IMG/VR virus record: IMGVR_UViG_3300024507_000366
Reading direction: 5' to 3' (one strand)
DNA length: 64,000 nucleotides
Origin: an uncultured virus (IMG/VR IMGVR_UViG_3300024507_000366)
Taxonomy: Duplodnaviria; Heunggongvirae; Uroviricota; Caudoviricetes
Positions 37,201 through 46,748 of this stretch are shown piece after piece. Both the position numbers and the translations under genes were made by a program. Under the pieces are notes generated by a model. It saw nothing but the letters and a program-made list of their open reading frames with translations, made no database searches and was not told the origin of the DNA. The first letter of the stretch is position 1; every line of letters starts with the position of its first letter.

Positions 37201-39905
37201 ACTCCAGCGTAACCAAAGGTAGATGAGCTAGATGCAATATCGTCGCCTATTCTAAATACTTCTGTCGCAGCTGCGCCGGTAGCCCAAGTAACGCTTGGAC
37301 TAAAAGTATTGCTTAATTGATTACCTCTGGTATAAACCAGAACAACTTCATCGGCATCTGCGGCGGTATAGACAGAATTTGTCCAAAAATCATTTAAGTC
37401 ACTAATAGCCCCAGATGCTTCAACTGCACCCGCTGCGGAAATTCTGAACATTCTGATTTCATTGGAGCTTGAGGTGCCAGTTACGACTCCGTTGATTGAC
37501 AAAGTACTGCTAGTCGAAGCATTAAAATTAATTTCACCAGTCCAGTTTGGAACAGCAGCTAGCCCAGAAACTAACTGACCAGTGCCACCAGATCCAGAAA
37601 TTGTAATGTCTATATTGTTTTGAGAGAATACCCCTGTCACATCTGCATAAGTCACAGTATCCCATTTTGGATTGCCGTTTAATACAGTATGATCTGGCAA
37701 TGCGTAAACAACACCAGTGAGAACGGTCTCTCCAGTAATTACCCCACCGCCAGAAATTCTACCCTCTATTGGATAAACTTCAGTTTTTGCCGACTTTAAG
37801 AGAAAATCTCCCGTGACAGTGATTGTCGCGCCATAAGAATCATCTTGAACAGTATGGATGTTAAACTTTCTTATTTGCTTCTGCCTTCTAGCGCGGATTT
37901 GCTCAAGCGTTCCAGTAAATCCGCCATCACTGCCAGTCATATAGTTTAAATCAGAAACCGCATAGTTGCCTGATGGAACGTGAATATAAATACCTGATGC
38001 CAGCCCAGTTTGAAATTCGCCATCAATTTTAATTGTATTCGCTGAAGCATCGACATCTAGGATTCTGCCGAATGTTCTGCCAACATTTCTAACTTCATCG
38101 CTGACTGCAAAGATGTCACCAGGCTGTAAGTAAACAGCCTCCAACCCACCGATAAAAGAAACAGTATCGGCCTCAAACATTGAACTGCAAAGAATATAGC
38201 GGCCAATTCTTCTTGCTTCAGATCTTGAAGTGCAGCCTGCCGCATTTACTTTAAACGGGTTAATTCCATACTTTCTAATTCCTTCGATATCTTCAACCAA
38301 CTCCATTTTAGTTTTGAAGTTATCATATTTATCATTATATACAATCTCTACACTGGTGTATCTTTTATTTCTGACAGTTTCTGTATAATTAAACAGGCCA
38401 TCTTTTACATTGGCATTGCCAAAATAAAGCACTGGCTCTTTGGGACGGTCAGCAAAGAAAGAGAATCCTTCAGTATTCCAATAGACGATTCCCTTGAAAA
38501 TTGCCGCAATATCCTGAATAACTTTGTAAGCTTCGTCCTTATTAAAAAAGATTATATTACAAGTGTATCTTGGTTCTAGACCACCCTTGCCATCTGGGAC
38601 ACCTCTGAATTTACCATCATCATCAACAGCGTCGCAGTATCTTGCAATGTCGTACAGCGTCCACTTGTCTACCGAGCTTGAATCGATGAAGTTGCCTAAG
38701 CCGTAATTAGGATCAGTAATAATATCATACAGCACCCAAGCAGGATTATCAGTCCACGCGATTTTAAAAGTGCCATCCCAGTCTCCATAATAGACCTTAT
38801 TGCTGTCGTAAAAGTTGTTATCACAGAACTGTTGCAGCTTACTATCAGAGTCGTGCTGCATATTAAAAGCGCCACCACCACTATCATTACCAAGCTCTCT
38901 AAGTGTTCTTGTTCCAGAAAATTGTGCATCTACATAAAAATAATATAGCTGTATGCAATTTTCTCTAGCGTGATTAAGCAAGATTTGGTAAGTGGAAGGC
39001 GACATTATTTCAGGAGTAGAACCTGAGAAATAAATCACTTTTCTAACTGTATTGGACCAAACAGACTCTAATACAGAGTCTTCTGAGCTTTTACCAACTT
39101 GATCAGTGATACTGAACTGGCTTTTTCTTAAAAAGAAATTGGCAATCGTTGTTTCTGCTGGGTCTGTGATTGGGCTATTTTGTAAATTGTCTGCCAGCGC
39201 ATCGAACAGTCGCTTGTAAAGATTAGTTTGATTATTGCCAGCCGAATCTGGAACCTCTAATTCAAAAAACAAATCAGTCTGATAATATGTAAAGCCGTTG
39301 ATAACATCGCCGGTTGACTCATTAATTACAGTGTTAACGCCATTTTTCGTTTGCCAGATAGAAGCCCTTACGTTAGTGTAGCCAGAAATTAATTTGCTTA
39401 AAAACTGCGCTAAATTTCTTCTGAGTAAGCTTCTTGTCCCAGCGCCCATATTCTGGTCAACCATAAAGATGACATCAAGAGTAGTTGGGTTCGCAGGGTA
39501 ATTTGGATTTGAATAGACATATCTGCGGTCTAATCCATTACCACCAAGAGGAAAGTAGTTAGAAGGCACTTTAACCTTCTTCATTTTCACATCGTACTCT
39601 CTATTTGGAATGCTAGAGAATGTTCTTGAATCAAACTTTAGACCAACGTGCGCTGTAAGTGGGTAAGAAAAATTGCGATCAATTACTTCGTAAATTCCAT
39701 CGACACTGATATCCTTTTTGACCAGAGGACTTACTGTTTCAGAACTTATTTTTTCAATTGTTACATACCTGTCTTTCCCGTCAATGGATGGCGGCAAAAT
39801 TATCTCAGCCTTGTTATTTGCCATTTCTGACAGATAAACAAGATTATTTTCAAGCGTGCCATTTAGCGATTGGCCATCATCTCCATTAGTGCCTTGATCG
39901 TCCAT
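34242..39905 (-). CDS. Tail-tip/host-specificity protein J, C-terminal part (vWA, FNIII and CBM-like inserts)
   Basis: SYPLTA.VGLKFDSRTF, KVKVPSNY, WDGTFKIAWTDNPAW..YD, EPRYTCN, GCTSRSEARR.GR, LQPGDIF. Confidence 0.85.
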   Translation of the reverse strand: MDDQGTNGDDGQSLNGTLENNLVYLSEMANNKAEIILPPSIDGKDRYVTIEKISSETVSPLVKKDISVDGIYEVIDRNFSYPLTAHVGLKFDSRTFSSIPNREYDVKMKKVKVPSNYFPLGGNGLDRRYVYSNPNYPANPTTLDVIFMVDQNMGAGTRSLLRRNLAQFLSKLISGYTNVRASIWQTKNGVNTVINESTGDVINGFTYYQTDLFFELEVPDSAGNNQTNLYKRLFDALADNLQNSPITDPAETTIANFFLRKSQFSITDQVGKSSEDSVLESVWSNTVRKVIYFSGSTPEIMSPSTYQILLNHARENCIQLYYFYVDAQFSGTRTLRELGNDSGGGAFNMQHDSDSKLQQFCDNNFYDSNKVYYGDWDGTFKIAWTDNPAWVLYDIITDPNYGLGNFIDSSSVDKWTLYDIARYCDAVDDDGKFRGVPDGKGGLEPRYTCNIIFFNKDEAYKVIQDIAAIFKGIVYWNTEGFSFFADRPKEPVLYFGNANVKDGLFNYTETVRNKRYTSVEIVYNDKYDNFKTKMELVEDIEGIRKYGINPFKVNAAGCTSRSEARRIGRYILCSSMFEADTVSFIGGLEAVYLQPGDIFAVSDEVRNVGRTFGRILDVDASANTIKIDGEFQTGLASGIYIHVPSGNYAVSDLNYMTGSDGGFTGTLEQIRARRQKQIRKFNIHTVQDDSYGATITVTGDFLLKSAKTEVYPIEGRISGGGVITGETVLTGVVYALPDHTVLNGNPKWDTVTYADVTGVFSQNNIDITISGSGGTGQLVSGLAAVPNWTGEINFNASTSSTLSINGVVTGTSSSNEIRMFRISAAGAVEASGAISDLNDFWTNSVYTAADADEVVLVYTRGNQLSNTFSPSVTWATGAAATEVFRIGDDIASSSSTFGYAGVFVKNGYRILERASKGNSETGKIKFTYRDLLAFSRLRPFYTIVQADVGNRQESVFPEWEAGRAYSVGNKVKVTNAGVSVPYVCTRSHERSSQLFTSDYDAGSTARSKWAIGNNLGYSTIGFPKDFYGSSKVYLNTTLTSSHISSAFAALDIDVYVGGGTLGQSDIANLAESNGLGYSGLVIGTGYPRGFYDLDVDTLPKNLTSVQEGSLYVLSGSGVEPKLYKTIGVKEEEANLYSVVGIEYLKEKQDFVERDILDTSPSVYVQSPYDIVIKPEAPARITSTGVTLSGSVPTGLNISWQASASPISGYKIYVSRPDYSTTSIENDAIVEPYFAPSGTTSLTIPIRETWGQFDVDVYSISSSIYKFLSNGAASTGVMVLPQATITGAGGYTITSTIPSGFTIDTADTSSLDYSIYHVGGGVMAGLGKGNFTSKDLTFRWKYIDPTGGIIDSVEKMLANPFVDLPPNISVQVLDEAGQALTAPIKAYDRFSYTITQEENKRLTSRETTDYQNIYGDRNLGLRVVVTDNTNLSKTGNFYAYNVKPHYSRIDVIDSYQNSPYYILSGFFGNKNFTGLAFWGSGAQGILGSGLRNYATNALLRSEDEEREILFQDISGAFKSATGLNGTGTTSVPTYNGININYQGSGEKDFKAYVYAYDDLDKYYNANVDRSIPREVWGSGHYVEYGSGEGREIPRTLGNPLGLSNLSEITGTNQTGFSGISFTVLTEEISKGEIIFNCYSSISNKDVWSVDVYTGDTSDFQPDILGNSNLYKHPSLYRTRSYLNEIRLSNGLQTGVWYYFKFVPWDDFGAGEISDVVSGYLESLPIERVSGPIQTVSVNGGRNETVEFAPTSSSLIRGFRYQILTVGNINWTAIGVTTNPAVGVEFDYNGVLVTGTGGLVKRVEVPVPIVENQLNQVLVVDPATDSTFVLPADITEGASVSILNRGDKDIYVTNSDGQEISVIRPGERGDIIRADSEWYDPRGSSLYVE

Positions 39906-39921
39906 TTTATTATATTAAAAT

Positions 39922-40473
39922 TTAAGCTGTAATTGTAAAGCTTCTTCTATTATCGGTAGTTCCAGAAGCTGTTAGTCTAACAGGAGGATTATTTGGAGAA
40001 TGAGCGTCTATGTGAACGTAATGGATTCCCAATCCAAGTTTTTGAGTTATTTCTGCTGGTATAACAAAGCTAAATACTCCGCTACTATTTATTTCTGTAG
40101 CTTTACATTCTACTTGATAAGCTGGCAAGCTATCGGGCGGGCCACTGCGACCGATATCAATTTGAGCAGTAACTTTGATAGCTGGCTTCAACTCTAAAAG
40201 AGTCGCGCCATTCATTAATTTATATGTTGCAGTTCCTGATAATGTTATTGTCGATCCCCTAGAGAAGCTAGAGCCTGATAGAGTATCAAAAACAGCAGAA
40301 GCTGAATTTTCTCCCACAGCCAAAGATGCGTAAACTATTCTATCAAAAGCGGTTGGAACATATTCGTCATCTTGTCTTCTTTTTAATTGGTATATGATAG
40401 GAAGAATATTTGAGTAATTTCTTGGGTTTAGTTTTGAAGCTAAATCTTCTTCTCTTGTTTTTGGTAGTGGCAT
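39922..40473 (-). CDS. Hypothetical Ig-like beta protein lying between the J halves
   Basis: ORF coupled by TAATG to the J N-part; RGSTITLSGT...GVFSF. Confidence 0.6.
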   Translation of the reverse strand: MPLPKTREEDLASKLNPRNYSNILPIIYQLKRRQDDEYVPTAFDRIVYASLAVGENSASAVFDTLSGSSFSRGSTITLSGTATYKLMNGATLLELKPAIKVTAQIDIGRSGPPDSLPAYQVECKATEINSSGVFSFVIPAEITQKLGLGIHYVHIDAHSPNNPPVRLTASGTTDNRRSFTITA

Positions 40474-41390
40474 TATAGAGGCTCCTGATAGACCATTCTC
40501 CTGAGAGCTTCCTCACTGGAGACAGCGTTGAGAATTCTAGAATCTTTAGATGTGTTAATGCTAGGTATGCCAGCAGTATTAAATACTGAGCCTCCAAAAG
40601 TGCTTGGGTTGGCGTAAGGACCAGCAGCGCCATCAAGAGTGGACGCTTCTTCTCCCACCATATAAGCGCACGGGCTAAGAACTAAGCCATCAATAACGAC
40701 TCTTTTGGGCGTAAATACCTTTGATCCTTCTAGCCCATATCTTACCATAAGCTCTACTGAGCTTCTCTTATTCATTCCCATCTTACCAGCTTCTCCTGGT
40801 GCTTTGCCCTCAGAGACCGTGTCTGACAACTGTTCAATTATAAAAGCAATTTGTATTTTTTTGACATCCTTGTTTCTGATATGATGAACATAAATAAATG
40901 GATCTTGCGGTAAGTCAGGCCAGCCATTCTGACCCTTTGCCCAGCTGGTAAAATTTTCTTTTGGTAACTCTGGTCCGGTATAGTTTCTGCCGACAGGTCT
41001 AACATCTTCTTCATTTGGGTTTATTTTACCAAGTAATTTAAAATTAGCGGGCTTATAAATATAGACCTTATTAAAATTAGCTAAAGGCTTTTGATTTTCT
41101 GTGCCAAGATTGATTTCCATCAAAATGTTTCTGAAATTATATTCTCCAGCGGAGTTCATAGCGGGAAGCTTATTTAAATAAATACCTTTCAGCATATCTA
41201 AGCCATAAACTTTTCTACCAAATTGATCCACAAGTCCATAAATCGGACCTTCGCAAAGAGCGTCTACGCTATGAGAAATAGACATAGACTTCATTAAGTT
41301 TTGGTTACGATCAGGTGGAACCAGTCTTGGCACTGGTGCCTTGTCTCCTTTGGCGCCCTTAATGAACCTATATTTATTTAATATTTTCAT
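40473..41390 (-). CDS. Tail-tip protein J, N-terminal part
   Basis: IKGA..., DALCEGPIYGLV, IYLNKLP, YNF, LGTENQ. Confidence 0.75.
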   Translation of the reverse strand: MKILNKYRFIKGAKGDKAPVPRLVPPDRNQNLMKSMSISHSVDALCEGPIYGLVDQFGRKVYGLDMLKGIYLNKLPAMNSAGEYNFRNILMEINLGTENQKPLANFNKVYIYKPANFKLLGKINPNEEDVRPVGRNYTGPELPKENFTSWAKGQNGWPDLPQDPFIYVHHIRNKDVKKIQIAFIIEQLSDTVSEGKAPGEAGKMGMNKRSSVELMVRYGLEGSKVFTPKRVVIDGLVLSPCAYMVGEEASTLDGAAGPYANPSTFGGSVFNTAGIPSINTSKDSRILNAVSSEEALRRMVYQEPL

Positions 41391-43978
41391 TATGCACTAT
41401 AGTTATTTACAGGAATAGATGTTTCTTTTACCCCTTTAAGCGAAAGTTTTGAATCCAAGAATCTAACTTTTACTCTAACTGGCGAAGTAGTCAGTGTTAC
41501 GCCATCCAAACTTACTTTGCAATTAAACTTTGATTCATAATATGAATAGCCGTTATCGATCTCTCCGTTCTTTGAAGGTCTTTTAGCCGAAAACTGTACG
41601 ACTCTGTTGCCCTCTGATGATCTTGACTCGGCATAGTTGTATACATCTTCGAACACAAGACCAGTTCCGTTAGCTGCCGTACCATTTGTTTTTGTAAAGA
41701 CTGTTCCAATTCTTGGTGAGCTTGCTCCAATGCTTCCCCAATTAGTAGTGTTGCCGAGATTAAGAATTTTATACTGTCTTCCGCTTACCATCTGATCTAG
41801 CGGAACTCCCCAAGATCTTGGCATAAATTTGCCACTTTCAGGTAGATTAATATCGGAAATTTGTCTATATTTTAATTTATCTGCTGGAATAACTTTAAAA
41901 TCAGAATAGCCCCCATCCCAATTAGTATCATACTGGTAATAAAAACTAATACCTTCTGAGCCCAGACCATCTTGGAATCTTGCGTATAAATGATGATATC
42001 CGGCAGTTAGCAAGATTTCTCCGCTGCTGGACGGCATTGCTGCAATCGAAGCGCTGTCAGTTGGACTTGCGAAACCGTGACCGCTATACCAAACGCTAGC
42101 AGCTTGACCATCAATGTACAGATCAGCCGCATCATCAGAGTCTATCTTGAAATTGTATTTAACAACTGGATAACAAAGACCATCACCAGTGCTTTGATAA
42201 GAATTTTTAACAAACGTGAGCCCAAGCTTTGGAGGAATAGCGGCCCCGCCCGCGCCAGTTAAACCAATCGCCGCCCACTGCCCTGTGTCGCCAACTTTAA
42301 TAATTTCATACATTACTCCAGCAGTGGTATCTGGAACCTGCCTCTTCAAGTTGCTCACCAATGGGATATACAAGTAACCCATCATTTCCATAGCATAATT
42401 ATCAACGCTGGTCGTGTTGCCGCGAACACTTTGCTCATTTGTGGCCTCAACGATTCCCTCATACACGCCTTCGTATTTGAAGGCGGGCATCCCGCTGATA
42501 AGCTGGTCAAACTCTACCTTGCCAGTTGGTGAGGAAAGGCCAGTCCAGAATGGAGCATTGCCAGTATTTGTTCCTGTAGATGGTAGATGACCAGAAAATG
42601 TTGATAGGGCTTTATAAATTCTTTCTTGACTTGGCTCTAAAATTTTTCTCCAGTGAGTTGTTCTTACAGTGTTTCCTGCGCCAGTTGGGATACCTCCGGT
42701 TCCGCTAAATCCACTGACAGCTTGAAAATAAGTACTCTTTTCACTCCCTGTTGGGAAGTTTACAAGCTCTCCACTATTATACAAATAAGTAGAATCCCAA
42801 TCAGAAATTGATAATTTTGCAAATTGAGTTGGGCCATACTTGACCAAATCTCCAGACACATATTCTGCAAAATAATTCGGATCTGAACTTGTTGTATTTC
42901 TGTATTCTGACAGAAGCTTGTAATCCGCTGGATGATAGGATCGGTAAACAAGTCCGCTCTGGAACGAGTATGGATACTCAATATAAATTTGATTCTTGGT
43001 TGAATCCTGATTCAGTAAAGACCACTCGTATTCGATATCTTCATCATATGTGTCTAGATCAATATTTGAGACAATCTCTCCGTTTCTTTTGACGACGACT
43101 TCTACAGGACTTGAAGTGACCTTGTAAGCGTTCTTGGATAAAATATCAATGTACGAGTTTACAATTGTCGCAGAGGCAAATGAGACAGTATCATTCATAT
43201 CCACAGCTTGATTTGTGGAGAATGAATCTTGAATTACTCCATCTGTGGAATCTGGCGCTTCATTTACAAATTCAAGGCTGGTATAGTCATCAACCGGCTT
43301 ATCTACTGGAGCCATCAACTGCTTGATGTCCATATTCAAAGAATGGTGAGTGGCGCCAGCGCTGATCTGAGAGCCGCCAATTTTTAATCTACCGTAGCCA
43401 ACTGGTATAGCTTGTCCCTGAGATGCATTATTGGGTTTATTACCAAAAAGATAAGATTTTCCGCCAGCTTGAACTTCTTGGTTGAAGTCTGGTTTTGGCG
43501 GTGGGAACAAAAGACCCATCACACCTTGCAAGACTAGGCTGGCACCAAGACCTATCAAAGTTGAACCAAGAAGCGAAAGCGAGCCCCCAGCAGAAACAGC
43601 CGCACCAGTTGTTGTTAATGCGCCCGCCGTTCCAAACCAAGCCGCGCCAAAAGCTCCTGCTGCACCAGCAGTAAGAACTATTGCCAAAACTCCGACAGCA
43701 ATTAAAACCCCATTTTTTCCTGCTCCCCATACAATCGGCACAATGTGAACTTCCTTTGGAGCTTTTTTAATCTCAAGCTCCTCTTTAGTTTTTATGACTT
43801 CTTCGTCAACAACGACACGATAATGAACTCCCTTTGCAGCAAGCCTTTTAATTTCTAAGTCAAAGTTTCTTTTGTTTGCCTTGATTGCAAGAAAAGCCTC
43901 CTTTGGAGACTCAATGTGAAAATTGAATTCGTGCCCAAACTTGTTTCGCAGTTCACCGTAAAGAAAAACTTTAGTCAT
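41390..43978 (-). CDS. Tail assembly protein I-like with long PA14/CBM-containing extension
   Basis: VFLYGEL..KFG, IHIVPIV.G, SYLF, QGQAIPVGYGRLKIG; IDSDDAADLYIDG PA14 motif. Confidence 0.8.
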   Translation of the reverse strand: MTKVFLYGELRNKFGHEFNFHIESPKEAFLAIKANKRNFDLEIKRLAAKGVHYRVVVDEEVIKTKEELEIKKAPKEVHIVPIVWGAGKNGVLIAVGVLAIVLTAGAAGAFGAAWFGTAGALTTTGAAVSAGGSLSLLGSTLIGLGASLVLQGVMGLLFPPPKPDFNQEVQAGGKSYLFGNKPNNASQGQAIPVGYGRLKIGGSQISAGATHHSLNMDIKQLMAPVDKPVDDYTSLEFVNEAPDSTDGVIQDSFSTNQAVDMNDTVSFASATIVNSYIDILSKNAYKVTSSPVEVVVKRNGEIVSNIDLDTYDEDIEYEWSLLNQDSTKNQIYIEYPYSFQSGLVYRSYHPADYKLLSEYRNTTSSDPNYFAEYVSGDLVKYGPTQFAKLSISDWDSTYLYNSGELVNFPTGSEKSTYFQAVSGFSGTGGIPTGAGNTVRTTHWRKILEPSQERIYKALSTFSGHLPSTGTNTGNAPFWTGLSSPTGKVEFDQLISGMPAFKYEGVYEGIVEATNEQSVRGNTTSVDNYAMEMMGYLYIPLVSNLKRQVPDTTAGVMYEIIKVGDTGQWAAIGLTGAGGAAIPPKLGLTFVKNSYQSTGDGLCYPVVKYNFKIDSDDAADLYIDGQAASVWYSGHGFASPTDSASIAAMPSSSGEILLTAGYHHLYARFQDGLGSEGISFYYQYDTNWDGGYSDFKVIPADKLKYRQISDINLPESGKFMPRSWGVPLDQMVSGRQYKILNLGNTTNWGSIGASSPRIGTVFTKTNGTAANGTGLVFEDVYNYAESRSSEGNRVVQFSAKRPSKNGEIDNGYSYYESKFNCKVSLDGVTLTTSPVRVKVRFLDSKLSLKGVKETSIPVNNYSA

Positions 43979-44333
43979 ATTGTTTCTTTAAAATTTGCAC
44001 AAAATCCTTGTTAACGTGAATTGATTTTGGCAAAATAAGATTAAACTTTTCGGACTTTTTACTATAGATCACAAAAGGAATGCACGAATTCTCACAATTA
44101 AATTGGTCAAACTTTGACTCAAGCTCGCCAGAATCTGGATGAGTATGATAAATTGCCGCCAATTTGCCTGTTTTAATCTTCTTTAAAATTTCGAGCGGGT
44201 GAATTTCAAATATATCATTTTGATAAACTGCCACATTCTTGGCTGGCTCACTTACCAATTGACCGTCTTCAACCAAAACAAAGCCGCAGACTTCGGCGTC
44301 GGATGTGTTAGCGTGCTCAATGATGGATTTCAT
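43971..44333 (-). CDS. Tail assembly protein K-like (JAB/MPN domain only)
   Basis: EVCGF...IYHTHP...S..D; no NlpC/P60 domain; start 44333 follows L stop. Confidence 0.75.
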   Translation of the reverse strand: MKSIIEHANTSDAEVCGFVLVEDGQLVSEPAKNVAVYQNDIFEIHPLEILKKIKTGKLAAIYHTHPDSGELESKFDQFNCENSCIPFVIYSKKSEKFNLILPKSIHVNKDFVQILKKQYD

Positions 44334-44334
44334 A

Positions 44335-45831
44335 TTACGACGAAATTGAATACTCCTCTGTTCCGGGGAATCCGCCAAACGGCAAGTAAGACTTGTTTCC
44401 AAATCTCATTTTGCAGCCCTCTATCGTTCTTGAGCACTGATCAGCAACCCAGTATTCTTTATTAAATAATGGGCTTTTGGCAGGAGTTGCCGTGTGGTTT
44501 TTTAAACAAAAATAAAATCTTTGCAGCGGCTCCCAATTTGGAATGGAATTAACATCGCGCTTAGTGACCTTGACATTGTGATTTTCAATGTAAACATAAT
44601 CGCCAACTCGATAGTTCGTGTTGTTTTGCCAGCGGCCTGCAAAGGTTTCTCCCATCACACTATCCTTATCCAAAGAAATCGATTTGCTAATCGAAAGCGT
44701 AGTATAAAATCTTTGGCTAGATGTCAAAGATCCATACTCGGTTGGATCATAATAAAACCTAGTTGATGGGAGAGAAATGAAGGATGATGAATTTGGAACT
44801 TTGTAAGTTAAGGTTAAGTATTGGTCTCCTCCCAATCCATTAGCTTCAAAAAATCTTATCACAAGTCTATGATACCCTTCTGGTAATGTTATGCTGCCAG
44901 AGACATTTACAGTTGACCCGTTAGAAGAATAACGAGAACAAATGAGCGTATTATTGATAAATAACTCTACACAATCATTCACTTGAACTTGAAAAGAATA
45001 AGTCCCGCCCTGCCCATAATCAACTTTAAAGTATCCTAGAAACTCGTAATAATAATTATCTGCCACCTCTGGAGTAGTCGCAGAGACTAATGTTTCTGAA
45101 CTTGCTAAATAAGAGGCGGCAGCTATGGCGCTAGTAAAAGAAGCGTTGCTTGTAGGCATTGTTGTACCATTGTACCTCCTTCTAATCAAAGATCCTTGAT
45201 TTAAATCTGTTGGGAGGCTTAGTCTCAGATCGTTTTCATCTGCAACTGGTGGACCCATATATCTGCATCCATTACCTCTATAATGAAAAGAGCAGTAGCG
45301 CGCCATTACAGTTCTTCTTGGAAAAGTAACGTTTTCAATTTCCAGCGGCGAAGCTAATTCAAGTTCAATCGCTGCCCTGTTTTCGCTCGCCCTTCTGAGA
45401 ACAAAAAACACTTGATCTTCTAACCCAGCCGTAGCGTCAGCTGACCCGTAGGGATTCCGACCTTCGGCAAAGTTAGCGTTGTCAAGAAACTTTAAAAATG
45501 TTCTTTTTCTGACCACCTTAGCGCCAACAAGGTTATTGTAACGTCTAATTAAATTAGATACGAAGAAATCTTGATTGGAAACCGCCAGCTTTGGTCTTGG
45601 TAAGCTGCCGTCACCTTTGCTTTCAAATCCAGAACTCTGAATTGGAAATGGCAGATACTCAACGCCCTGCCAGTATATCGAACCATTTATTCCATTAGTT
45701 CCGCCGTGAATGTAAAGTTTATCATCAGGAGTATTAACGTAATCATAATAAATAACGAAAAACTCCAGAAGAGCGGTTGGCTCTAATGAAAATAGTTCAG
45801 AATTTACCTTTTGACTAGATTCCCTAGACAT
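44335..45831 (-). CDS. Minor tail protein L-like with PA14 and CBM-like inserts
   Basis: IYWQG.EY.PFPIQ..GFE....LPRPKL, RKRTF.KFLD..NF, ELASPLE, C...Y...C, DQC...GC..RF, LPFGGFPG. Confidence 0.88.
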   Translation of the reverse strand: MSRESSQKVNSELFSLEPTALLEFFVIYYDYVNTPDDKLYIHGGTNGINGSIYWQGVEYLPFPIQSSGFESKGDGSLPRPKLAVSNQDFFVSNLIRRYNNLVGAKVVRKRTFLKFLDNANFAEGRNPYGSADATAGLEDQVFFVLRRASENRAAIELELASPLEIENVTFPRRTVMARYCSFHYRGNGCRYMGPPVADENDLRLSLPTDLNQGSLIRRRYNGTTMPTSNASFTSAIAAASYLASSETLVSATTPEVADNYYYEFLGYFKVDYGQGGTYSFQVQVNDCVELFINNTLICSRYSSNGSTVNVSGSITLPEGYHRLVIRFFEANGLGGDQYLTLTYKVPNSSSFISLPSTRFYYDPTEYGSLTSSQRFYTTLSISKSISLDKDSVMGETFAGRWQNNTNYRVGDYVYIENHNVKVTKRDVNSIPNWEPLQRFYFCLKNHTATPAKSPLFNKEYWVADQCSRTIEGCKMRFGNKSYLPFGGFPGTEEYSISS

Positions 45832-45853
45832 TTCCTTTTACCTTTAGATTATA

Positions 45854-45859
45854 TTACAC
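45854..45859 (-). promoter_or_regulatory. GTGTAA motif heading the tail-tip operon
   Basis: Minus strand reads AGTGTAATATAATCTAAAGGTAAAAGGAAATG (22-nt spacer with AAGG). Confidence 0.6.
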
Positions 45860-45861
45860 TG

Positions 45862-46341
45862 ATGGACCCTAAAAGCAAGATAAAAATAGATTCTTTTGAG
45901 GTCAGTAGGATGTACCTGACAGACATTCCAGAGGTATTAAAAATGGCCATTGAGGCCCAATCCTCTTTCGGAGTTAACCCAATATCGTCTCCCACAGCCT
46001 TTATCCAAGAAATGAGCAGGGTATTGCAGGCGAATACTAGATTTTCGTTTGTTTTCCGTTCAAATAATAAAATATTTGCAGCTTTCATCTTTAGCGCGAA
46101 AACAACTAAAAGCGCCGATTTCCTTTATGCTTTCTCAAATCCTAGAATTATTCAAACAGAAGAAATGTACGAGGCGTTCTCAAATAAACTAAAGGAGATG
46201 CCTTTTGATGTTATTTATGCTTATGTCTTGAAGAAGAGAAAAAGATTTGAAGTTTACGTCAGATTTTTAAAATCTATTGGATTTAAAAAGATTTTTAATG
46301 AAAATGATGTTTATCTGGTGATTTCGAACGAAAAAGCTTGA
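45862..46341 (+). CDS. GNAT-fold-like protein
   Basis: MYLTDIPEV...FVFRSNNKIFAAF...IYAYV...FLKSIGF. Confidence 0.45.
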   Translation: MDPKSKIKIDSFEVSRMYLTDIPEVLKMAIEAQSSFGVNPISSPTAFIQEMSRVLQANTRFSFVFRSNNKIFAAFIFSAKTTKSADFLYAFSNPRIIQTEEMYEAFSNKLKEMPFDVIYAYVLKKRKRFEVYVRFLKSIGFKKIFNENDVYLVISNEKA

Positions 46342-46366
46342 CAAAGGATCATTGGTCGCTTAAATT
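46338..46366 (+). promoter_or_regulatory. Sigma70-type promoter
   Basis: TTGACA-17-TAAATT, 7 nt before ATG 46374. Confidence 0.6.
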
Positions 46367-46373
46367 CATAGCA

Positions 46374-46748
46374 ATGAATTTAAACAGGCTCGTAAGCCTT
46401 GCCAGAAACTTAATCATCTACGACGACATCGAGTTGCGGTGTCGGCACTTCGCATTCATTTTAAACAAAAGCAAAATAGTTTCTATCGGGCGAAACTCCA
46501 AGAAGTCTCACCCAATTAACCAAAAGTATGGTTATTTTGACGGAAGTGGTTTACACGCAGAGGCTTGCGCGGTAATTAAGTCTGGAAATATCGACCATTC
46601 AAGGCATACTTTAGTCACGTTTCGTATTGACAGGAACAATAAAGTTGCTATGGGTAAGCCGTGCAGACACTGCCAAAAGCTTCTCAACGACGTTAACTTT
46701 AAGGAGATTTATTATTCTGATGAACAAGGACAATTCCAAAAAGCCTGA
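46374..46748 (+). CDS. Zinc-dependent cytidine/dCMP deaminase-like protein
   Basis: SIGRN, LHAE, KPCRHC, IYYS. Confidence 0.8.
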   Translation: MNLNRLVSLARNLIIYDDIELRCRHFAFILNKSKIVSIGRNSKKSHPINQKYGYFDGSGLHAEACAVIKSGNIDHSRHTLVTFRIDRNNKVAMGKPCRHCQKLLNDVNFKEIYYSDEQGQFQKA

